In this document: piece by piece, positions 20,670 through 32,424 of the stretch
Layout: every line of letters begins with the position of its first letter
Numbering within the stretch: position 1 is the stretch's first letter
From: Scyliorhinus canicula
Lineage: Eukaryota
Direction: 5' to 3'
Length of the DNA: 47,011 bases
Assembly (NCBI RefSeq): GCF_902713615.1
Contig: NW_024055487.1
Coordinates: 329,500-376,510, forward strand
Position numbers and translations under genes: made by a program
The notes under the pieces: generated by a model
The model's input: only the letters and a program-made list of their open reading frames with translations
Databases searched by the model: none
Told to the model about the DNA's origin: nothing

Positions 20670-21900
20670 CGCTGGCAAAAAATGGACGTGCGGAATGTAC
20701 AACCTCACTGTGTTGCTGCAGATTCTGATGGTCTGTTTGAGAGGTCAGGTCCCTTGTTGCAAGCGACAGCTGTTTCTTAAATTAACAGATGTCTCAACAT
20801 ATAAAGCCGTGAGATGTAGAAAGTATATCGAAATTAACATAAGTTACATTTTGCTGAATGTCTCTCTCAAATTTGTGCTCTTTGGTCTCGAGGTCTGGTT
20901 CTCGTTTAAGGATTTTCAAGCAATGCCTATGGGAGTGGTCGTGGGTTTAAATCCAGGACAGGCTCTTTACTCCAGGTCAGGGATTACGAATTGTTTGCGA
21001 TGCTGACGGCAGGGTTGATTTACATTGGCCCACTCTGAAAAAGATTTCTCAGGACTCGGAATGTTTACGTCGTTTCTCTCCCCACAGATGATGCGAGAGA
21101 GAGAGAGAGAGAGACAGTGTCTGAGCTGGAGTGCGTTTGGATAAAATTGATGCTCCAGATCTGTGTTAACCACAGGGACGTGACCCATCTAATCCACAGA
21201 GCCAAAGTGAAGAATTGAACTGACTGGGGAGCTGGATCTTAACGCTGACCTCCCGGACCTCGGCGTCGTGAAATGTTCCAAAGAAGCTCAACAGCCACTC
21301 GAGGAACAGCAGCGCATCTTTCCACTGGGCTCAATACAGCTTTCACACTCAGTGTGTGTTCAGTAGTTTCACACTGTAAATGCTGCACCCATTTTGTGTG
21401 TCTTTACATCGCAGATTTGGGTTTCAATCTTGTTTCCACTTGTTCTTTGTGTCCGGGCGGTAGTTGTTGATCAATATGCCATCGATAGCTCCTCCAGACA
21501 TATCTTTTGTTTCTTTGTTTCTTCCATTGCGCTAACAGAGAGCTGGCACAGACACGGCGGCCGGAATGGCCTCATACTGTGGTGTCATTATTCTCTGATT
21601 TGATGCCATCCTAACTCTGTGGCCAGGGTCCCAAGGTCTCTTCTCATTTATTCTCTCCTGACTTGCCCCCCATTAGAGCCCTTTCTTGTTGTTCTGTTTC
21701 CTCCCTCCGGTAATTCACTTGGTTAAGACATTTCTAACCTGTCCCGGTTTTAATGAAAGGTGATGGTGAAAGACGAACATTGCTGTCCTGTCGACAAATG
21801 CCGCCTGAGTCCCTGCGATGTTGCAGTACTTTTGGCGTTCTCCGCAGATGTTAGATTGATTTTCGATTGCAATGACAGTATGCTTTGACTCTTTTTGCGG

Positions 21901-21990
21901 GGCTCGTTGGTCTAGGGGTATGATTCTCGCTTTGGGCGTGTCGCTGTCGGAATTTGCGAGAGGTCCAGGGTTCAAATCCCGGACGAGCCC
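21901..21990 (+). tRNA. tRNA-Pro(TGG) with 18-nt intron (21937-21954)
   Basis: Perfect D and anticodon arms, one T-stem mismatch (A50-G64), TTTT terminator. Confidence 0.82.
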
Positions 21991-23244
21991 TTCGATGAGG
22001 TTTTCCGTTGGTCGAGCCACATGTTTGCTTCATTTCTTAGCGGCGTAGTCGGCGGGATTCATTCACATTGGGTTTTCTTTGAGAAGCTGAGCTCAAACTG
22101 CATGGAACCAATACGTTCCCGAGAAGTTTGTCTGTGTGTGGGCATTCACATTTCTATTGACTAATTCTGGTGGACTCAGACAGCTGTTTGTCCCTTTCAT
22201 TTTATCAGTTCAACAACTTCAGACTGTGAACTCTCACTTCCCCCTCCACCACATGTTTTTTCCATCAACTTATCATCCCTTCCATTGATATGTTTTACCC
22301 TCAGCATTGCCCACCTCCCCCCAGCCCATACCATCCTATGTGTGGGCATTCACATTTCTATTGACTAATTCTGGGGGAATCAGACAGCTCTTTGTCCCTT
22401 TCAATTTTATCAGTTCAACAACTTCAGACTGTGAACTCTCACTTCCCCCTCCACCACATGTTTTTTCCATCAACTTATCATCCCTTCCATTGATATGTTT
22501 TACCCTCAGCATTGCCCCCCTATCCACAGCCCATACCATCCTACTTGATCAATCTGATCCCTGTTTGTAATTGTTCTCTAACGCACTGCTTACCTTTGTT
22601 CTGCCATTAACACATTCTGACCGCTTGATGCGCCATCAGCACCTTTCATAGCCTTGATTAGCCTAATTTACATTCCCTTTTTCTTTCTGCCCGAGACATT
22701 TTCGTCATTTCCCACCTATTGCTAGCCCTCTATCGAGGCCCAACACAGCACTCCACCACCCCCACCCACCACCCACAATCGTCTGAATCTCCAATTCCAG
22801 TTCTCCAGCTTTGACAAAGAGTTCACTTGACTGGAAACGACAGCTGCCATTTCGCTCCCCAGAGGCTGTCAGACCTGCTGAGATTATCCAGTATTTTCTG
22901 TTTTTGTTTCGTTTGAAGCATCCGCAGTAAGTTGCATTTGTCATACATTTAGACATGTTTGAGATGGTGATTAAATATGTTCATTTGTAAATCGCTGAAA
23001 TTCTGTTGTGGATGAACTCGCTGCTAATATCCGAGCTGTGCCAAGATATGAAAATCTTTCACCTCTCATTGCCTGCCGAAAATTCAGTGCTTGGGCCTTA
23101 ATGTTCAATTCAGTGTAGTGGCTCATGTGAGACGAAATTTCATAGTCCTGGAACACACGAGATTCCGGCAACATTCAGGAAACAGAATTATTTTGTGCCC
23201 AATAATTGTGCAAACTTTTCTCACACGAAATGCTAAAGGTTCGA

Positions 23245-23317
23245 TGTTTCTGGCCGGTTTCGAACCGGAGACCTTTCGCGTGTAAGGCGAATGTGATAAC
23301 CACTACACTACAGAAAC
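23245..23317 (-). tRNA. tRNA-Val(TAC) on an AAC/CAC-type body
   Basis: Acceptor, D and anticodon stems pair; one mismatch at 49-65. Confidence 0.75.
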
Positions 23318-24546
23318 CGCTGACAACCAATGGACGTGCGGAATGTACAACCTCACTGTGTTGCTGCAGATTCTGATGGTCTGTTTGAGAGGCCAGGTAC
23401 CTTGTTGCAAGCGACAGCTGTGTCTGAAATTAACAGATGTCTCAACATATAAAGCCGTGAGATGTAGAAATTATATCGAAATTAACATAAGTTATATTTT
23501 GCTGAATGTCGGTCTTAAATTTGAGCTCTTTGGCCTCGAGGTCTGGTCCTCGTTTAGGGATTTTCAATCAATGCCAATGGGAGTGGTCGTGGGTTTAAAT
23601 CCAGTACAGGCTCTTTACTCCAGGTCAGGGATTATGAATTGTTTGCGATGCTGACGGCGGGGTTGATTTACATTGGCCCACTCTGAAAAAGATTTCTCAG
23701 GACTCGGAATGTTTACGTCGTTTCACTCCCAACAGATGATGCTCGAGAGAGAGACAGTGTCTGAGCTGGAGTGCGTTTGGATAAAATTGATGCTCCAGAT
23801 CTCCGTTAACCACAGGGACATGACCCATCTAATCCACAGAGCCAAAGTGGAGAATTGAGCTGACTGGAGATCTGGATCTTAACGCTGACCTCCCGGACCT
23901 CGGCGTCGTGAAATGTTCCAAAGAAGCTCAACAGACACTCGAGGAACAGCAGCTCATCATTCCACTGGGCTCAATCCATTTTCACACTCAGTGTGTGTTC
24001 AGCAGTTTCACACTGTAAATGCTGCACCCATTTTGTGTGCCCTTACATCGCAGATTTGGGTTTGAATCTTGTTTCCACTTGTTCTTTGTGTCCGGGCGGT
24101 AGTTGTTGATCAACTATGCCATCGATAGCTCCTCCAGACATATCTTTTGTTTCTTTGTTTCTTCCATTGCGCTAACAGAGAGCTGGCACAGACACGGCGG
24201 CCGGAATGGCCTCATACTGTGGTGCCATTATTCTCTGATTCGATGCTAACCTAACTCTGTGGCCAGGGACCCAAGGCCTCTTCTCATTTAATCTCTCCTG
24301 ATTTGCCCCCCGATTAGAGCCCTTTCTGTTGTTCTGTTTCCTCCCTCCGGTAATTCACTTGGTTAAGACGTACCACATTTCTAACCTGTCCCGGTTTAAT
24401 GAAAGGTGATGGTGAAAGACGAACATTGTTGTCCTGTCGACAAATGCCGCCTGACTACCTGAGATGTTGCAGTACTTTTGGCGTTCTCCGCAGATGTTAG
24501 ATTGATTTTCGATGGCAATAACAGTATGCTTTGACTCTTTTTGCGG

Positions 24547-24636
24547 GGCTCGTTGGTCTAGGGGTATGATTCTCGCAATGGGTGTGTCGCTGTCGGAATT
24601 TGCGAGAGGTCCCGGGTTCAAATCTCGGACGAGCCC
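24547..24636 (+). pseudogene. Intron-containing tRNA-Pro(TGG), U32U33 changed to AA
   Basis: ctcgc-AA-tgg-g; 18-nt intron retained; terminator reduced to TTT. Confidence 0.78.
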
Positions 24637-25683
24637 TTCGATGAGGCTTTCCCGTTGGTCAAACCGCATGATTTCTTCATTTCTTTGCAGCGTCGACGGC
24701 GGTATTCATTCACATTGTGTTTGCTTTGAGAAGCTGAGCTCAAACTGCATGGAACCAATACGTTCCCGAGAAGCTTGTCGATGTGTGGGCATTCACATTT
24801 CTATTGACTCATTCTGGTGGACTCAGACAGCTTTGTCCCTTTCATTTTATCAGTTCAACAACTTCAGACTGTGAACTCTCACTTCCCCCTCCACTACATG
24901 TTTTTTCCATCAACTTTTCATTCCTTCCATTGATATGTTTTACCCTCAGCATTGCCCACCTCCCCCCAGCCCATACCATCCTACTTCAGCAATCTGATCC
25001 CTGTTTGTAATTGTTCTCTGACGCACTGCTTACCTTTGTTCTGCCATTAACACATTCTGACCGCTTGATGCGCCATCAGCACCTTTCATAGCCTTGATTA
25101 GCCTCATTTACATTCCCTTTTTCTTTCTGCCCGAGACATTTTCGTCATTTCCCACCTCTTGCTAGCCCTCTATCGAGGCCCAATACAGCACTCCACCACC
25201 CCCACCCCCCACCCACAATCGTCTGAATCTCCAATTCCAGTTCTCCAGCTTTGACAAAGAGTCCACTTGACTGGAAACGACAGCTGCCATTTCGCTCCCC
25301 AGAATCTGTCAGACCTGCTGAGATTATCCAGTATTTTCTGTTTTGTTTCGTTTGAAGCATCCGCAGTAAGTTGCATTTGTCATACATTTAGACATGTTTG
25401 AGATGGTGATTAAATATGTTCATTTGTAAATCGGTGAAACTCTGTTGTGGATGAACGAGCTGCTAATATCCGAGGTGTGCCAAGATATGAAAATTCTTCA
25501 CCTCTCATTGCCTGCCGAAAATTCAGTGCTTGGGCCTTAATGTTCAATTCAGTGTAGTGGCTCGTGTGAGACGAAATTTCATAGTCCTGGAACACACGAG
25601 ATTCCGGCAACATTCAGGAAATAGAATTATTTTGTGCCCAATAATTGTGCAAACTTTTCTCACACGAAATGCTAAATGTTCGA

Positions 25684-25756
25684 TGTTACTGCCCGGTTTC
25701 GAACCGGGGACCTGTCGCGTATGAGGCGAATGTGATAACCACTACACTACAGAAAC
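25684..25756 (-). pseudogene. Val-type tRNA with CAT anticodon
   Basis: ttcgc-CT-CAT-AC-gcgac; mismatches in the acceptor and anticodon stems. Confidence 0.75.
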
Positions 25757-26978
25757 CGCTGGCAATGAATGGACGTGCGGAATGTACAACCTCACAGTGT
25801 TGCTGCAGATTCTGATGGTCTGTTTGAGAGGCCAGGTACCTTGTTGCAAGCGACAGCTGTGTCTGAAATTAACAGATGTCTCAACATATAAAGCCGTGAG
25901 ATGTAGAAATTATATCGAAATTAACATAAATTATATTTTGCTGAATGTCGATCTTAAATTTGTGCTCTTTGGTCTCGAGGTCTGGTTCTCGTTTAAGGAT
26001 TTTCAATCAATGCCTATGGGAGTGGTCGTGGGTTTAAATCCAGGACAGGCTCTTTACTCAAGGTCAGAGATTACGAATTGTTTGCGATGCTGACGGCGGG
26101 GTTGATTTACATTGGCCCACTCTGAAAAAGATTTCTCAGGACTCGGAATGTTTACGTCGTTTCTCTCCCTACAGAGAGAGAGAGACAGTGTCTGAGCTGG
26201 AGTGCGTATGGATAAAATTGATGCTCCAGATCTGTGTTAACCACAGGGACGTGACCCATCTAATCCACAGAGCCAAAGTGGAGAATTGAACTGACTGGGG
26301 AGCTGGATCTTAACGCGGACCTCCCGGACCTCGGCGTCGTGAAATGTTCCAAAGAAGCTCAACAGCCACTCGAGGAACAGCAGCGCATCTTTCCACTGTG
26401 CTCAATACAGCTTTCACACTCAGTGTGTGTTCAGTAGTTTCACACTGTAAATGTTGCACCCATTTTGTGTGTCCTTCCATCGCAGATTTGGGATTCAATC
26501 TTGTTTCCACTCGTTCTTTGTGTCCGGGCGGTAGTTGTTGATCAATATGCCATCGATAGCTCCTCCAGACATATCTTTTGTTTCTTTGTTTCTTCCATTG
26601 CGCTAACAGAGAGCTGGCACAGACACGGCGGCCGGAATGGCCTCATACTGTGGTGTCATTATTCTCTGATTCGATGCTAACCTAACTCTGTGGCCAGGGT
26701 CCCAAGGCCTCTTCTTATTTAATCTCTCCTGACTTGCCCCCTATTAGAGCCCTTTCCTGTTGTTCTGTTTCCTCCCTCCGGTAATTCACTTGGTTAAGCC
26801 GTACCACATTTCTAACCTGTCCCGGTTTTAATGAAAGGTGATGGTGAAAGACGAACTTTGTTGTCCTGTCGACAAATGCCGTCTGACTCCCTGAGATGTT
26901 GCCGTACTTTTGGCGTTCTCCGCAGATGTTAGATTGATTTTCGATGGCAATGACAGTATGCTTTGACTCTTTGTGGGG

Positions 26979-27068
26979 GGCTCGTTGGTCTAGAGGTATG
27001 ATTCTCCCTTTGGGTGTGCCGCTGTCAGAATTTGCAAAAGGTCCCGGGTTCAAATCCCGGACGAGCCC
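26979..27068 (+). pseudogene. Intron-containing tRNA-Pro(TGG), anticodon stem broken
   Basis: CTCCC/GCAAA does not pair fully; 18-nt intron retained. Confidence 0.78.
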
Positions 27069-28053
27069 TTCGATGAGGTTTTCCCGTTGGTCAAACCGCA
27101 TGTTTTCTTCATTTCTTTGCAGCGTCGACGGCGGGATTCATTCACATTGGGTTTGCTTTGAGAAGCTGAGCTCAAGCTGCGTGGAACCAATACGTTCCCG
27201 TGACGTTTGTCTATGGGTGGGCATTCACATTTCTATTGACTAATTCTGGTGGACTCAGACAGCTCTTTGTCCCTTTCATTTTATCAGTTCAACAACTTCA
27301 GACTGTGAACTCTCACTGCCCCCTTCACCACATGTTTTTTCCATCAACTTATCATCCCTTCCATTGATATGTTTTACCCTAAGCATTGCCCCCCTCCCCC
27401 AGCCCATACCATCCTACTTCAGCAATCTGATCCCTGTTTGTAATTGTTCTCTGACGCACTGCTTACCTTTGTTCTGCCATTAACACATTCTGACCGCTTG
27501 TTGCGCCATCAGCACCTTTCATAGCCTTGATTAGCCTCATTTACATTCCCTTTTTCTTTCTGCCCGAGACATTTCCGTAATTTCCAACCTATTGCTAGCC
27601 CTCTATCGAGGCCCAATACAGCACTCCACCACCCCCACCCCCCACCCACAATCGTCTGAATCTCCAGTTCCAGTTCTCCAGCTTTGACAAAGAGTCCACT
27701 TGACTGGAAACGACAGCTGCCATTTCGCTCCCCAGAGGCTGTCAGACCTGCTGAGATTGTCCAGTATTTTCTGTTTTTGTTTCCGTTTGAAGCATCCACA
27801 GTAAGTTGCATTTGTCACACATTTAGACATGTTTGAGATGGTGATTAAATATGTTCATTTGTAAATGGCTGAAACTCTGTTGTGGATGAACTAGCTGCTA
27901 ATATCCGAGGTGTGCCAAGATATGAAAATTCTTCACCTCTCATTGTTTGCCGAAAATTCAGTGCTTGGGCCTTAATGTTCAATTTCTGCGTTCTTCGCAG
28001 ATGTTAGATCGACTTTCGATGACAATGACTGTATGATTTGGTCACTTTCGAGG

Positions 28054-28143
28054 AGCTCGTTGGTGGACGGGTATGATTCTCGCTTTAGGTGTGTCGGTGT
28101 CGAAATTTCCGAGAGATCCCGGGTTTAAATCTTGCATGAGCTT
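28054..28143 (+). pseudogene. Strongly decayed intron-containing tRNA-Pro
   Basis: Same 90-nt layout; anticodon reads TAG; A- and B-boxes are damaged. Confidence 0.7.
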
Positions 28144-28809
28144 TTCCGTTGGTTAAGCAAGATGTTTTCTTGATTCCCTTGCGGCTCAGACGGCGGGATT
28201 CATTCACATTGGGTTTGCTTTGAGAAGCTGAGCTCACACTGCAGGGAACCAAGGCGTTCCCGAGAAAATCGAAACATTTTCGATCAGCTTGTCTATGTGT
28301 GGACATTCACTTATCTCTACTCACTAACTCTGGTAGATTCAGGTAGCCCCCTGTCAGTTTTATTTTATCAGTTCAACAACTTCAGACTGTGAACTCTCTC
28401 TGACCCCTTCACACTTGTTTATTTCCATCAATCTATTTTCATCCCTTCCATTGATATGTGTTACCCTCACAATTGCCCCTTGATTAGCCTCATTTACATT
28501 CCCTTTTTCTTTCTGCCCGAGACACTTTCGTAATTTCCCACCTATTGCTAGCCCTCTATCGAGGCCCAATACAGCACGCCACCACCCCCTCCTTTTCCCA
28601 GTAACTGAAGCATTCATTCATCTGAATTTCCGCTTTAATACCAGACCATATGCAAAATCTGATTGATTTCTGTCGGACTCTAATCCAGGCACCATATATT
28701 CCCCATGTTGGTGACTGGTGAATGGTGAGTCGATGTTCTAATGTTCACCGTGTGCCCCGTGTGCTATCTTCACTCTCAGATATTGAATACATTTTGTGTT
28801 TAGTTCCAG

Positions 28810-29154
28810 GAAGAAATGGTGAAGACTCAGTGGCCCAGGATCGATCTGAGTTAACGGGTTCTGGAAGGACAGAGCATTAACCCGGACTGTAGATATTCCA
28901 CAGCTGTTTTTGAAACTCTTTTCTGGTACATTCAGTATCCCGGAAGACCTCCGAGGAATGTATTGAGAATCTATAGTTAGGGCAGTTCAGATAAATCTCC
29001 AGATTTCCTAGCCAGGTTTTTGGCTGCTTTGCTCAAAGAAAACCAAACGGTATCTTTAAATATCGCCGTGGCTGATCTCTCCGACAGTGCCTATTATTTC
29101 TCCGCCATGGAGCCCACACTGCTGCAGAGGTATTGCGGGTCCCGTACAAACACT
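28810..29154 (+). pseudogene. TCR alpha-type V pseudogene with RSS (29115-29154)
   Basis: DSVAQ..EGQSINPDCRYST..LFWYIQYPGRPP..RF..VSLNIAVADLSDSAYYFSAME. Frameshift near 28857, TAG at 28978, second Cys changed to Ser. RSS is CACACTG-24-ACAAACACT. Confidence 0.88.
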
Positions 29155-29497
29155 CACACTGGAATTCCAGTAATTTCTCGGCAGAGGGCGCTCTCACATT
29201 GATAGACAGGCACAATTACTCAGCCTGTGGTCGTCACAGTGTCATTACCAAACCATCAAAAACAAACACAACACTCACTGAGAACAAGCGAGCAGAAACT
29301 GAATAATAATATTCGTTAGTTTATAACTTGCATTTCTACTAAAATGAATTTCACAACTTAATTTCCGGTTCGTTAGCTCACATTTAGTCTTTTTATGATC
29401 TTTACATTGCTGTCTGAATTATTTCTCCATCTCCGTTCCGCTCTTCTAGATCCCTTTGATCAAAGCCGGGTCACAGGGTCCACATGACGGGATTATT

Positions 29498-29830
29498 TTC
29501 ATAGATTTCACAGAAGTTACAGTGCAGAAGGAGGCCATTCGGCCTATCGAGTCTGCACTGGCTCTTGGAAAGAGCACCCTACCCAAGGTCCACAACTCCA
29601 ACCTGTCCCCACAACCCAGTAACCCCACCCAACACTAGGGGCAATTTAGCATGGCCAATCCACCTGCACATCTTTGGACTGTGGGAGGAAACCGGAGCAC
29701 CAGGAGGAAACCAGACAAACACGGGGAGAATGTGCAGACTCCGCACAGACAGTGGTCCAAGTCGGGAATTGAACCTGGGAGCCTGAAGCTGTGAAGCAAT
29801 TGTGCTAACCATAATGATACCCTGCTGCTC
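29498..29830 (-). mobile_element. HE1-type SINE
   Basis: Reverse complement of the HE1 layout (tRNA head, tgggaggaaaccggag core, LINE-derived tail). Confidence 0.88.
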
Positions 29831-29882
29831 CGTGTACGATCTTCACTCCCAGATATTGAATACGTTTTGTGTTTTTTTTCAG

Positions 29883-30033
29883 GAACAAATGGTGAAGATT
29901 CAGTGCCCCAGGATTGATCTGAGATAACGGTTCTGAAAGGACAGAGCATTAACCTGGGCTGTAGATACTCGACAGCTGTTTTTGATACTCTGTTCTGGTA
30001 CAATCAGTATCCCGGAAGACCTCCGAGGAATTT
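29883..30033 (+). pseudogene. 3'-truncated duplicate of the 28810 V segment
   Basis: EDSVPQD*SEITVLKGQSINLGCRYSTAVFDTLFWYNQYPGRPPRN, then homology stops; the upstream intron is also duplicated. Confidence 0.82.
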
Positions 30034-31247
30034 TATTGGTTGACAGACAGTTTGTAGGAAAGGAGCAAATTTCACAAGGAAGTGATTTCACAGTTTATAG
30101 CAAACCCCAAGAACAGAGTCCCCCTAATGGTTTTTCTCCTTTCCAGTGTCTATTTAATGTTTTCTGACACAACTGTGTTTCCGTCCTACAATAACCAGTC
30201 CAGCAAACCCATTCCGACTCCCGTCTGGATCTATGCAGCGATTCTTCTTCGAAGGCACTGACTGTATCCCAGCTCGGATTGTTCCCATTCACTGACAGAC
30301 AGTTCGCCACCTACAGGTGTTAAATCACCTTTGGAGACGCAAGAAAGTGAAGTAAGAAAAACCTGCGAAAGACAGCCGATTCTTAATGGCGCGGAATAGA
30401 AGTTGATGCTTCGAATTTCAATTTTTACAGATCGACAGCGGTCAGCCAGTGTCTGGATTGTTTGGGGCTGGTGCAGGCGGGCTTTTCGGGAGGTAATTGT
30501 GGAACAAACACATTTCATCGCATTTGAAATCATGGTTTCAATCGGAAATGTAAACACGTGATTATTTCCTGTTTGAACATGTATTTCTGATCTGAGTGAC
30601 GGAAATTCTGTTTCTCGGCTACTGTCCTCAGATGTTATGACAGAAGAAGTTGCTGTTTTTAGTTTAACCTTTGATACTGCCTTCTTGAACCGCTGCAGTC
30701 TATGTGCTGTCAGGGAGGGAGTTCTAGGATTTCACCTCTGCTGCGTTACTCATGTCAGCAGGCGAGCAGTGAGGCTAAAATAACAAAACAGCAACAGCAC
30801 CACTCAGGGAGCTAAACTCTCTCTATCTCTGGGTGGAGAAAGTGGCTCTGAAGAGTTGATCAGAAGTGGGACTCACAGACTGAGTATACCATGGACAAGA
30901 GTCCCAGTCCCGTACATTGCACTGTGCCTTAGAGCTCCAGTCTGTTGACGTTTCGACAGAAACTCGAGCAGATTCAGCCACATCGACCAGTGGCGATGTC
31001 AGCCGCTCAAACCCAGACCGGGAGGAAGCCACCTTAACCTCGAATCAAACTGTTAGCCACCTGTTTCCAACAACGGCAGTAAAAATACACTGCAGAATCC
31101 GATCCGACCGCCAGATCCATCATCAAACCAGTCTCCAGGTTAACCCGTCCTTTCTGTTTCTGATCAGCTGTTAATTCTCTGAAACTCAGGGCTGGATGTT
31201 CAGATCAGCTCCGGCAAAGATGTTTCTGCCCCTTCAACCAGTCCCAC

Positions 31248-31330
31248 TGACGTCACTCAGTTTACAGACCTACGTCACTAAATATGCAGGGTAACGTCAC
31301 ACGTGTCCTCATTCTGACGTCACAGTGACG
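31248..31330. promoter_or_regulatory. Cluster of CRE motifs upstream of the intact V gene
   Basis: TGACGTCA at 31248-31255 and 31315-31322, plus ACGTCAC half-sites near 31272 and 31294. Confidence 0.55.
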
Positions 31331-31550
31331 CTGGTCTGCCGCGTGCGCATTCTCCTACCCACACTCCACCAATGCTGAAGCTCCTTCACAGCTTCACTTT
31401 GTGATCACAAGTCCCAGAGACCCGTCTCGGGCGGGCACGGTGCAATTGGTGTTAGACTCAGTTTGATATTCAACAGCGCTTCCTTCGCAGCATTGTCTCT
31501 CGTCCTGAAAACTACCGAGAGCTACTTAACACAGATCGATAGGATCCAAC

Positions 31551-32066
31551 ATGAAGCTGAGCTTCACTTTAGTGATTATCTCCCTGAATTTCTTACTCTT
31601 CTCTCCGTGTGAGTGTGATCACTATATCTGGCAGGAATATGTCACACATCAGATATGTCATGTTGTAGTAACATATAGTTTGCTTTATTGTCGATCTTGT
31701 TGTGCCATGTTGTAATTGATTGTGCTGTAGTGTATTCTACTGCTCTGTGTGATATTAAATTAATCATATTATTTTACATCTGCATATTTCTCAGATGCTG
31801 CTGGCAGTGACGATGTATCACAGTCTCCTGAGTCAATGGTGGTTACCGAGGGAGACGTTGCACCCTTGGCCTGTTCCACCACAGTAACAGGACGGATCCT
31901 ACAATGGTACAGACAATACCCAGATGGGACCATGCAGCATCTGGCGAGCGGTAGCAGAGATCAGGACAGGATCACAGCTCGGTTTATTTCAGCAGACAAG
32001 CACAGCGTTCTGAATGTTAGTGACACTCGAGTGACAGAAACCGCCACCTATCTCTGTGCAGTGAGG
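31551..32066 (+). CDS. Intact TCR alpha-type V gene segment (leader 31551-31608, V exon 31795-32066)
   Basis: Spliced product MKLSFTLVIISLNFLLFSPYAAGSDDVSQSPESMVVTEGDVAPLAC..LQWYRQYPDG..SVLNVSDTRVTETATYLCAVR; in-frame phase-1 GT/AG intron; both Cys and Trp present. Confidence 0.9.
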
Positions 32067-32105
32067 CACAGTGAACTGAAGACAATTCAGCGCCGTACAA
32101 AAACA
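32067..32105 (+). other. 23-bp-spacer recombination signal sequence
   Basis: CACAGTG + 23 nt + ACAAAAACA directly after the YLCAVR coding end. Confidence 0.93.
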
Positions 32106-32424
32106 TGCCGTGGTGATTCTGAAAGTGTGTAGCCTGCGCAGTTATCCGAGAGGCCAGTTCATGATTTGGGTTTGCTCTTTCATATCAGAAAAGAAGGGCC
32201 AGAATTCATTTTATTTCTGTAGAAGTCACAAACAGAGAGCTTCTGTTCCATGGTGCTTAAAGATAATAATCATTGTGCCGTTCGGCGAGTCAATATTCAG
32301 AAGCTGTTGTCTATTTCTTGTGATAAATCAAATTCCAGACTGAGACACATTCCACGTTTTGTTACAGAGATGAATGATGCACAATGAGTCTCCCAGGATC
32401 CGTCCGAGTTGAAGGCTCTGGAAA

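Larger units (their letters stand above)
19334..28590. repeat. Tandem array of a ~2.4-kb tRNA-Pro / PLE-tail / tRNA-Val unit (3 full, 1 partial, 1 collapsed diverged copy)
   Basis: Pro genes at 19485, 21901, 24547, 26979, 28054; Val genes at 20597, 23245, 25684; unit 2 carries an internal ~205-bp duplication (22135-22543). Confidence 0.92.

Noticed and set aside
20695-21006. 103-aa ORF kept open in three array units, with a leader-like start MYNLTVLLQILMVCLRG
   Set aside because: The units are recent duplicates, so persistence is expected. No consistent splice donor or downstream V exon, and the homologous older flanks near 14760-14890 and 15320-15420 are too diverged to suggest coding constraint.
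28650-28730. Possible leader exon for the 28810 V pseudogene
   Set aside because: GT donors are present, but no ATG-initiated hydrophobic frame reaches them in the right phase.
30140-30330. Weak Ig-like words (LTVSQL..ATYRC)
   Set aside because: No first Cys/Trp in register, no RSS and no splice structure; could not be supported without a profile search.
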